DNA of 64,000 nucleotides from Verrucomicrobiia bacterium (GTDB lineage Bacteria > Verrucomicrobiota > Verrucomicrobiia > Palsa-1439): positions 73,182 through 137,181 of the forward strand of contig JBGQCJ010000001.1 in assembly GCA_041495285.1 (NCBI GenBank), written 5' to 3'. Positions 57,092 to 64,000 of this stretch are shown here, piece by piece. The notes under the pieces were generated by a model that did not search any database, was not told the DNA's origin, and worked only from the letters and a program-made list of their open reading frames with translations. Position numbers and translations under genes: made by a program. Numbering within the stretch: the stretch's first letter is position 1; the number at the start of each line of letters is the position of its first letter.

Positions 57092-58135
57092 TCACGCGGC
57101 GGCGGATTCCTTGAGCAAGAAGCGGCTGCGATCAGCAAGATACCGGGCCAGCGCGCCCAATGTCTTTGAACAAGCACTTGCCGGCAGGGTGGCGAGGTTG
57201 GCTTCCGCGCGCGCGATGTATTTTTCGATGACCGCCAACGATTCGCTGACGACGCCGTTGCCCAGCACCAGCGCCAGCAACTGCTTGTGTTGCTGCGGCT
57301 CGTTGCGAAAAATCATGGTCCCGAGTTCCTGACGAACATCGGCGCCGATGTGCTGGAGCAGCAGCATGAGTGGTAGTGTCAGCTTCCCTTTTTTCATATC
57401 GGTTCCCAGCGATTTACCGGCTTGGAGTTCCTTGCCGAAAATGTCCACGCAATCATCGTAAATCTGATAGGCGATACCCAAATTTGCTCCAAACTCCCGT
57501 AATGATTCGACAACCGGAAGAGGCGCGCCGTTCAATTGCGCGCCCAGTTCGCAACTGACCGCGAAGAGCGCCCCGGTCTTCATATTGATGATCTCAAGGT
57601 ACTGCTCGATCGGCAGATCCAAATCGTACCGGCGTTGGGTCTGCAGGATCTCACCGGAACAGACCGTATTGGTCGCCTCGCTCACCCGCCGGCAGACCTC
57701 CGTGGTCGGATAACTGGCGGCAAGCCGCAACGCATGGGCAAAGAGACAGTCCCCGAGAAGCACGCTGATCTCATTGCCCCAACGGGAGTTAGAGGTTGGC
57801 AACTCATGCCGGAGTTCCGCCTCGTCCAACACATCGTCATGGACAAGGGTAGCCACGTGAATCAGCTCGACGATGACGCCGAGTTTGACGTGGTTCTCAT
57901 CCACCCGCCCGGTCGCTCCGCCGGCCAGCAATGCCAAGCTCGGGCGCAGCCGCTTGCCGATTCCTCCCAGAGTGTATTGAACGTACTGAGTGATTCTCGG
58001 ATCAAATCCGTTCACTTGCTGGGCCAGAACCTTTTCCACGCGAGCCAATTCAGTAGCAATCGGGTCCAGCAACTTCGCCAAACTTACGGTCGGAGCGCTC
58101 TGTGGCGCGGAAATAGTCAGTGTCGGCGACCCCAT
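57092..58135 (-). CDS. Polyprenyl diphosphate synthase (IspB-like, long-chain trans-IPPS)
   Basis: First aspartate-rich motif 'LVHDDVLDEAELRH' and second 'IYDDCVDIFG'. The internal Met at 58135 gives a 347-aa protein. Confidence 0.8.
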   Translation of the reverse strand: MGSPTLTISAPQSAPTVSLAKLLDPIATELARVEKVLAQQVNGFDPRITQYVQYTLGGIGKRLRPSLALLAGGATGRVDENHVKLGVIVELIHVATLVHDDVLDEAELRHELPTSNSRWGNEISVLLGDCLFAHALRLAASYPTTEVCRRVSEATNTVCSGEILQTQRRYDLDLPIEQYLEIINMKTGALFAVSCELGAQLNGAPLPVVESLREFGANLGIAYQIYDDCVDIFGKELQAGKSLGTDMKKGKLTLPLMLLLQHIGADVRQELGTMIFRNEPQQHKQLLALVLGNGVVSESLAVIEKYIARAEANLATLPASACSKTLGALARYLADRSRFLLKESAAA

Positions 58136-58280
58136 GATGAACTCTACATTACGGGCGACCCCAAGGGGTGTCAACCTAGAAGCCGAGTCGGTGCCGGCCA
58201 TCTTCGGTCTTGACCGGTCACCGGAGCAGAGGCGAAGATGCTTTGTTTGATCGCCTCCGCGCGAGCGATCGCTCATCTCG

Positions 58281-59201
58281 ATGACACGCTGCATTTTCAT
58301 CGCACTGCTCCTGCTGGCAGGGTGCGCGCAAAGCCCTGAACGCTCCACCGTCCGCACGGCCAACGCCCTCATGAAGGAAGGCCGGCTGCAAGAGGCCATG
58401 GATGTCGTTGAGAACTACCTGGAGCAACATCCCGGCGCCACCGAAGTGCTCCGCTTGCGAGTGTTCATTCTCCTGAAAGCCCAGCGCGTGGAGCTGGCGG
58501 CCCTGACAGTGAAACGCCTACCGGCTGGCGACCCCGTTCTCGGTCAAGCCCTTCGTTATCGGGACCCGACCGTGCGCTCCAATGCCGCCAAGCTGATCGC
58601 GGACGATCCAACTTCCGTCAGCTTCCGTGCGCTGACGGACGGGCTTGATGATTCCGACGCCTCCGTTCGCCAGTACTGCGCCCGCGCGTTGGGCAAATTG
58701 AAAAATCCGCGGGCGCTCAAACCGCTCTTTCGCCTCCTCCACGACCGCGAGTGGTTTGTTCGCGCCGAAGCGGTGACCGCTCTCGCCAAAATCGGCGATC
58801 CCCGCGCCGCCGGTTGGATCGTCTATCTGCTAAGCGACGCCGATGGTTTCGTCCAATACAGCGCGATGCACGCCCTCCAGCAACTGGCCTGCGAATCCAA
58901 CCGGGCGCTCCTGCTGCGCGCGTTGGCGAAAGCCCCCAGCAACCGGCAATTCGGCATCGCCTTCGCCCTGGCCAAACTTCACGAGCCAGCTGCGTTGGGA
59001 CCGCTCCTGCTTGGCGCCTCCGACGCGAACCCGGAAACTCGCCAACACGCCGCCGAAGCTCTTGGCGACTCTGGCCTGCCGGCCGCCACAAATGCACTGG
59101 CCAAGCTGCTCAAAGACCCCGAACCATTGGTGCGCGAAGAGGCGTCCCGGTCTCTACGCAAACTCGAAGGTAAAACCGCCGCGGCGGACTCCGCGCTCTA
59201 G
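58281..59201 (+). CDS. HEAT-repeat lipoprotein
   Basis: Lipobox 'LLLAGCAQS'. Repeated 'D..VR..A..ALGK..DPRA...L' HEAT/PBS-lyase units. Confidence 0.55.
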   Translation: MTRCIFIALLLLAGCAQSPERSTVRTANALMKEGRLQEAMDVVENYLEQHPGATEVLRLRVFILLKAQRVELAALTVKRLPAGDPVLGQALRYRDPTVRSNAAKLIADDPTSVSFRALTDGLDDSDASVRQYCARALGKLKNPRALKPLFRLLHDREWFVRAEAVTALAKIGDPRAAGWIVYLLSDADGFVQYSAMHALQQLACESNRALLLRALAKAPSNRQFGIAFALAKLHEPAALGPLLLGASDANPETRQHAAEALGDSGLPAATNALAKLLKDPEPLVREEASRSLRKLEGKTAAADSAL

Positions 59202-59283
59202 CAGGCTGCTAAAGAAGTCCGGATTTCGCCGCGTGAGGTCACGCGGCCTATAGCATTCTTGAAGAAAACCGCTGGTCGTTGTA

Positions 59284-59312
59284 GGCCGCGTCACCGACGC
59301 GGCGCATTTTTT
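59284..59312 (+). terminator. Rho-independent terminator
   Basis: 'GCCGCGTC acc GACGCGGC' stem followed by 'GCATTTTTTA'. A related hairpin lies at 59228-59247. Confidence 0.55.
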
Positions 59313-59421
59313 AGCATCCTGCTAGACGCCGGTGGGAGTCACAAGGAAAGAATGTAACTGCAGAGAGCGCGGAATGTGTCTTCCATTCCGCATTACGCTC
59401 AAGCTTTGGTTGTGTCGCCGA

Positions 59422-59679
59422 TCAGGTCTTGGGCGAGAGAGTTTTGCTGAACTTGATGACCTCGTTCAGCACATCGCGGAACTCTTCGATACCCGTCAAG
59501 GGGATAATGATGGCGTCGCGGCGACCATTGACCTCCTCGATAATTCTTAAAAACCTTCCCCGCGGGTTCTCTCTAAGGTCGAACGTGAAATGCTTGCGTT
59601 CGACGCGGACACTGAGGTTCTGCAGCGGCGTATCCGCCGTTGCCGGGCCTCCAGACCATGGCTGTGCAGCTGTTCGCAT
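59422..59679 (-). CDS. DUF3276/PUR-alpha-like nucleic-acid-binding protein
   Basis: 'RKHFTFDLRENPRGRFLRIIEEVNGRRDAIIIPLTGIEEF' matches the PUR-like repeat of the DUF3276 family. The start may be internal. Confidence 0.45.
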   Translation of the reverse strand: MRTAAQPWSGGPATADTPLQNLSVRVERKHFTFDLRENPRGRFLRIIEEVNGRRDAIIIPLTGIEEFRDVLNEVIKFSKTLSPKT

Positions 59680-59770
59680 AATTCACCGCCGACGCTGTTA
59701 TCCCCAACGCCTTCTCTGGGGCGTTACCAATTGTCTCTGTAGCACAAATACCGCGATAACGTCAACACTT

Positions 59771-61189
59771 TCAATCTTTTAGATGAAAACAGACCATCTT
59801 CAACTCGGTCATTTCCTCCACGGCATACCGTGGCCCTTCCTTCCCGAAGCCACTATTTTTCAGGCCTCCATAGGGCATGAGATCCGCGCGCCATTGCGGT
59901 CCCCAGTTGATGTGAATATTTCCAGTTTCCAGCTCTCGCGCGAACTTCATCGCGGTGTCCACGCTCTCCGTGAACACTCCCGCCGCCAGTCCAAACTCAC
60001 TGTTGTTCGCCAGCGCAATCGCTTCGTCCACGTCATCGAACGGTGTGAACGCCACCGCTGGACCGAAAAGTTCTTCACAGGAGATGCGCATCTCCGGCTT
60101 CACATCGGCGACAATCGTCGGCGCGTAAATCGCCCCTTTGCGTACGCCGCCGGTCACCACCCGCGCTCCGGCTTTCACCGCTTCATCCACCCACTGCTCG
60201 ACGCGCACCGCTTCCGCCTCGCGAATCATCGGCCCGACTTTCGTTTTCTCATCGAGCGGATTGCCAACTGTAATCGCCTCCACCTTTGATTTCGATGCCG
60301 CAAGCACGTCGTCATACACCTTGCGTTGCGCCATCACCCGTTGTGTCGAGATGCAAATTTGTCCGGCATTCGAGTAGCCGGTGGCGGCGACGGCTTCCGC
60401 CACCTTGTTCAAGTCCGCATCCGGCATCACGATGATCGGCGAGTTACTGCCCAGCTCCATCGTCACCTTCTTGATGCCGGCCATCTCGCAAATGCGCCGG
60501 CCCACCGGCACGCTGCCGGTAAACGTGATCTTGCGCACGCGCGTGTCTCGGCACAGCGCATCGCCGAGTTCCCCGCCGGGTCCGGTCAGACACGAGATCG
60601 CTTCCGGCGGCAAGCCGGATTCCAGCAGCACCTCGGTAAGTTTCAGCGCCGACAACGGCGTGTTCGTCGGCGGCTTGATGACAATGGCGTTACCGGCTGC
60701 GATGGCAGGGGCGACTTTGTGCGCGACAAGATTGAGCGGAAAGTTGAACGGCGTGATCGCCACCACGACGCCGCAGGGCACCCGCAACGTGAATCCCATC
60801 TTGCCGGCACCGCCGGGCGAGGCATCCAACGGAATCGTCTCGCCGTGAATCCGTCGTGCTTCTTCCGCCGAAAGCATCAATGTCTGCACCGCGCGGCTGA
60901 CCTCAAACCGACCTTCGGTGATGGCCTTGCCTTCCTCCAGCGTGATCGTGCGACCAAAGTCCTCTGTCCGGGCTTCCAGTTTCTCGGAGGTCTTCTTCAA
61001 AATCTGGTACCGGTCCCACGCCGTCAACTTCGCCATGACTTTCGCGCCACGCACCGCCGCCGCGAGTGCCGTGTCCACATCCGCCGCCGTGCCGTGCGGC
61101 ACCGTGTCCACAACGTGACTGTCGAACGGATGGAGAACTTCGATCTTGTCGCTCTTATCGATCCACTGGCCGCCCACGCACATTTTCAT
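59771..61189 (-). CDS. NAD(P)-dependent aldehyde dehydrogenase
   Basis: 'ELGSNSPIIV' (catalytic Glu), 'GQICISTQRV' (catalytic Cys) and 'FTGSVPVGRRI'. Confidence 0.9.
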   Translation of the reverse strand: MKMCVGGQWIDKSDKIEVLHPFDSHVVDTVPHGTAADVDTALAAAVRGAKVMAKLTAWDRYQILKKTSEKLEARTEDFGRTITLEEGKAITEGRFEVSRAVQTLMLSAEEARRIHGETIPLDASPGGAGKMGFTLRVPCGVVVAITPFNFPLNLVAHKVAPAIAAGNAIVIKPPTNTPLSALKLTEVLLESGLPPEAISCLTGPGGELGDALCRDTRVRKITFTGSVPVGRRICEMAGIKKVTMELGSNSPIIVMPDADLNKVAEAVAATGYSNAGQICISTQRVMAQRKVYDDVLAASKSKVEAITVGNPLDEKTKVGPMIREAEAVRVEQWVDEAVKAGARVVTGGVRKGAIYAPTIVADVKPEMRISCEELFGPAVAFTPFDDVDEAIALANNSEFGLAAGVFTESVDTAMKFARELETGNIHINWGPQWRADLMPYGGLKNSGFGKEGPRYAVEEMTELKMVCFHLKD

Positions 61190-62214
61190 GAATGCACCTC
61201 GATTCTCATCCCGCGTTTCCGCAGTTCCTTGAAGAACAGCTCAACCGGTACCGCGGCCTCCGCCGGCAACACACCGCGCTGCGTGATCATCCCGGTCGCC
61301 ACCATCTGAGCCACGATAGACGGCGGACAGCCGGTGTCAATGTCCCCGGCGCTCGCGTGCCACCGCTTCTTCGCCCGGGCATGGCAATCGTACACGAGCT
61401 TGTCGTCCACGATCACGCGCGCGATTTCATAGTCATCCGGCCTTCCCCGCGATGCCGGGCGATTCGGGATTTCTCCTCTGATGACTTTACGAACGAAATC
61501 CCGGTCAAACCCCACCTTGAAATCACATTGCCGGAGTTTGAAGCTGACCGGTAACGTCGCCAATTCACTATGCCGCGTGCGCACGAGCCATTGCGGTCCA
61601 ACCGGCTTCGGAAACTTGACGCGTTCCCAGCCCGTGCGCGGCCTCACTTCACGGTATTTTCCATTCTCGACGATCCACGGCGTCAACGTCAGTTCTTCGA
61701 GGATCGTCTGCGCCGAGTACGGAAAACCCGGCGAGGGATTGAAATCCTTCGAGCCGACACGGATCTTCACCGACTTCGCACCGCCGAGTTTCTCGATGGC
61801 AGCACAGGTCATCACGTTGGTGATACCGGGTGAACAACCCATCCCGAGAATCGCCGTCAACCCGGCATGCTTGAATTGCCGGTGAAGCTTGAGTTGCCGA
61901 CGTGTCCAATGGAACAACCCGCCAAGATCAAGGTAGTGCACGCCGGCCAACAGCGCGGCACGCATCACGCACAGATTGAAACCATGTTGCGTGCAGTTGA
62001 TGACGACGGCGTGACCGCGTAAGACTCTAGCTGCATCGTGCGCATCCGCAAACACGGTGCGCACGCGGGGACTGCGGATTAGTTGCACGGGCCGGTAATC
62101 GGCAACGGTGATGTGGTTTTGCCGGTGTGACTCAAACAAATCGCGCACCACGACGCGCCCGATTGCGCCGCAGCCGCCGAGGACCACGAACTTACGCTGT
62201 GAGCTGGCGCTCAA
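61186..62214 (-). CDS. Saccharopine-dehydrogenase-family NAD(P)-binding protein
   Basis: 'KFVVLGGCGAIGRVVVRDL' N-terminal Rossmann with Sacchrp_dh-type architecture. ATGA overlap with the ALDH gene. Confidence 0.7.
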   Translation of the reverse strand: MSASSQRKFVVLGGCGAIGRVVVRDLFESHRQNHITVADYRPVQLIRSPRVRTVFADAHDAARVLRGHAVVINCTQHGFNLCVMRAALLAGVHYLDLGGLFHWTRRQLKLHRQFKHAGLTAILGMGCSPGITNVMTCAAIEKLGGAKSVKIRVGSKDFNPSPGFPYSAQTILEELTLTPWIVENGKYREVRPRTGWERVKFPKPVGPQWLVRTRHSELATLPVSFKLRQCDFKVGFDRDFVRKVIRGEIPNRPASRGRPDDYEIARVIVDDKLVYDCHARAKKRWHASAGDIDTGCPPSIVAQMVATGMITQRGVLPAEAAVPVELFFKELRKRGMRIEVHS

Positions 62215-63532
62215 TGACGTCGAGTCCTTCGTTGAGCTGTTCGTCGGTAATGATCAGCGGCACGAGGAAGCGCAGACAGTTGCTGTGGGTGCCGGCGTAG
62301 ATGAGGATGACGCCGCTCTCGACGCAGCGTTTGACGAGGCCGACGGTGAACTCTTTGGCCGGCTCCTTGGTCTTGCGGTCCTTCACCAACTCCATCGCCA
62401 TCATCGCGCCCAGCCCGCGCACATCGCCCAGCAGCGGATGTTTCTTCTGCCAACCGAGCATCCGGTCGCGCAACTTCTCGCCAATCTTCACCGCGCGTGC
62501 CGGCAATTTCAGTCGTTCGATTTCTTCGATGGTCGCCAACCCGGCCACGCACGCGAGTGGATTGCCGCCGTAGGTGCCGCCGAGTCCGCCGACGTGAACG
62601 CTGTCCATGATTTCCGCGCGCCCGGTCACCGCCGATACCGGCATCCCGCCGGCCAACGACTTGGCCATCGTGACCAAGTCCGGTTCGATGTCATAATGCT
62701 CCGTCGCGAACATCTTGCCGGTACGCGCGAAGCCAGTCTGGATTTCATCGGCGACGAACAGAATGCCATTGTCCCGGCAGAATTTTGCCAAGGCCTGCAC
62801 GTACTTTTTCGGCGCGACGACGAACCCGCCTTCGCCGAGCACCAGTTCCATTACCACGCACGCCGTCTGCTTCGGGTCAACGTGCGTGTGGAAGAACTCG
62901 TGCATCTGTTCGATCATGCCGTCCTCGTCCAACTCGCTCCGGTAGGCGTACGGATACGGCAACCGGTAAACTTCTGGCGCGAACGGACCAAAGCCAAACT
63001 TGTACGGCATGACCTTGCTGGTGAGCGACATCGCCAGTAGCGTCCGCCCGGCAAAGCCGTGTTCAAAGCCGATGACGCCGGGACGTTTCGTGTAGTAGCG
63101 CGCGATCTTGACGGCGTTCTCCACCGCTTCCGCACCGCTGTTCACCAGCAACGTCTTCTTCGGAAACTTGCCGGGCGTGATGGCGTTGAGTTTCTCCGCC
63201 AGCGCGACGTACGGTTCGTACTGCGCGATGTGGAAACAGGTGTGCAGGAATTTTCGCGCTTGCGTCGTAACCGCCTCGACGACCTTCGGGTTTGTGTGCC
63301 CGGCATTCAACGAGCCGAGGCCGCCGGAGAAATCCAGGAAAACGTTGCCGTCAACGTCCGTCAACGTCGCGCCCTCACCGCGCTCGACGAAGATCGGTGC
63401 GATATTGAACGGTCCTTGCGGCACCGCTGCCTTCCGTCGCGCCAGCAACGCTTGGCTCTTGGGACCGGGAATCGAACTTTTGAGAGAGATTGCCTTCAGA
63501 GTTTCCTCTCCATGAGATGACGGAGCATACAC
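62192..63532 (-). CDS. Class III PLP aminotransferase (4-aminobutyrate/omega-amino-acid aminotransferase-like)
   Basis: 'LFVADEIQTGFARTGKMFA' PLP-Lys region and 'HGFAGRTLLAMSLT'. 446 aa. Confidence 0.85.
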   Translation of the reverse strand: MYAPSSHGEETLKAISLKSSIPGPKSQALLARRKAAVPQGPFNIAPIFVERGEGATLTDVDGNVFLDFSGGLGSLNAGHTNPKVVEAVTTQARKFLHTCFHIAQYEPYVALAEKLNAITPGKFPKKTLLVNSGAEAVENAVKIARYYTKRPGVIGFEHGFAGRTLLAMSLTSKVMPYKFGFGPFAPEVYRLPYPYAYRSELDEDGMIEQMHEFFHTHVDPKQTACVVMELVLGEGGFVVAPKKYVQALAKFCRDNGILFVADEIQTGFARTGKMFATEHYDIEPDLVTMAKSLAGGMPVSAVTGRAEIMDSVHVGGLGGTYGGNPLACVAGLATIEEIERLKLPARAVKIGEKLRDRMLGWQKKHPLLGDVRGLGAMMAMELVKDRKTKEPAKEFTVGLVKRCVESGVILIYAGTHSNCLRFLVPLIITDEQLNEGLDVIERQLTA

Positions 63533-63608
63533 TGTCAGTTTCAGTCAGTCACTCCCCAAAGTCTTCCGGCTTGTGAGGACTCCGGTCGGCTGCTAAGAGT
63601 TGGGCCGC

Positions 63609-64000
63609 CATGGGCGCCCAATGGAAACAGAAAGGCCGCGAAATCAGCGCGCTGAAGCGCGGCCAGTTGTTCGGCAAACTCGTGAAGGAAATTCAGGTTG
63701 CCGCGAAGAGCGGCGGTGCCGATCCCGACCTCAATGCCCGGCTGTTCGTCGCCGTCGAAGCGGCCAAGAAGCATTCCGTGCCCCGCGACACCATCGAGCG
63801 AGCTGTCAAGAAGGGCGCCGGCCTCACGGGTGAACAGGTCAACTACGAACTCGTCACCTACGAAGGTTTCACTCCGCACAAAGTGCCGGTCATCGTCGAG
63901 TGTCTTACCGATAATCGGAACCGTACTGCGCCCGAGATCCGGGTGCTGTTCAAAGACGGCCACCTTGGCGCGATCGGCAGCGTCACGTGGATGTTCAACC
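63609..64000 (+). CDS. yebC: YebC/PmpR-family transcriptional regulator, 5' partial (runs off window, so absent from the ORF track)
   Basis: My own translation from ATG 63609: '[40 protein letters not shown]...[17 protein letters not shown]...GSVTWMFN'. It matches the YebC family nearly motif-for-motif. Confidence 0.85.

Overview
This is a high-GC (~60-65%) bacterial chromosomal window with dense coding on both strands. The many long antisense 'shadow' ORFs in the track are typical of high-GC DNA, so I do not report them as genes. The phylum cannot be assigned from sequence alone; frequent lipoproteins, thrombospondin-3 (TSP3) repeats, an OpcA gene and an 'SLSKG' repeat fit a soil Verrucomicrobia/Acidobacteria-like organism.

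The main result is a ~23 kb aryl-polyene (APE)/flexirubin-like lipid-pigment biosynthetic cluster spanning positions 1-23313.
- Core: two stand-alone ketosynthases, a KS fused to a chain-length-factor-like half, a small CLF-like protein, ACP, FabG, two hotdog dehydratases, two lysophospholipid-type acyltransferases plus an LpxL-like acyltransferase, a LolA-like protein, a DUF3261 lipoprotein, DUF2062, an MMPL exporter and a NodB deacetylase.
- Tailoring/starter operon at 19477-23313 with overlapping stop/start codons: aromatic amino-acid ammonia-lyase (Ala-Ser-Gly MIO motif) -> flavin-dependent halogenase (WxWxIP) -> O-methyltransferase, with a divergent CrtI-like oxidoreductase.
- Unusual points: a 1275-aa MMPL-acyltransferase-methyltransferase fusion, a C45 acyl-transferase-like protein with TPR repeats, and a second halogenase 5 kb downstream.
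- Predicted product: a halogenated, O-methylated aryl polyene anchored to an outer-membrane lipid.

Other notable loci:
- 23314-26100: a low-GC island carrying a beta-class DNA methyltransferase with a C-terminal nuclease-like domain, convergent with an unknown 320-aa ORF (candidate restriction-modification system).
- 47080-49290: one 736-aa ORF encoding LMW protein-tyrosine phosphatase, RpiB and serine hydroxymethyltransferase as a single polypeptide.
- 49693-53548: an orphan type I R-M-like locus. hsdM carries an N-terminal PD-(D/E)xK-like domain, followed by a two-TRD hsdS and an unknown 222-aa gene, with no hsdR. A highly structured repeat-containing leader lies upstream.
- 35947-41770: a block of secreted repeat, TSP3 and LamG-lipase proteins.

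Housekeeping genes: gdhA, zwf-opcA-purD, fba, an ispB/ECF sigma/anti-sigma/DegP-like operon, an ALDH/saccharopine dehydrogenase/aminotransferase trio, and a partial yebC at the 3' edge (63609-64000).

I found no rRNA, CRISPR array, transposase or integrase. tRNAs could not be excluded by eye.
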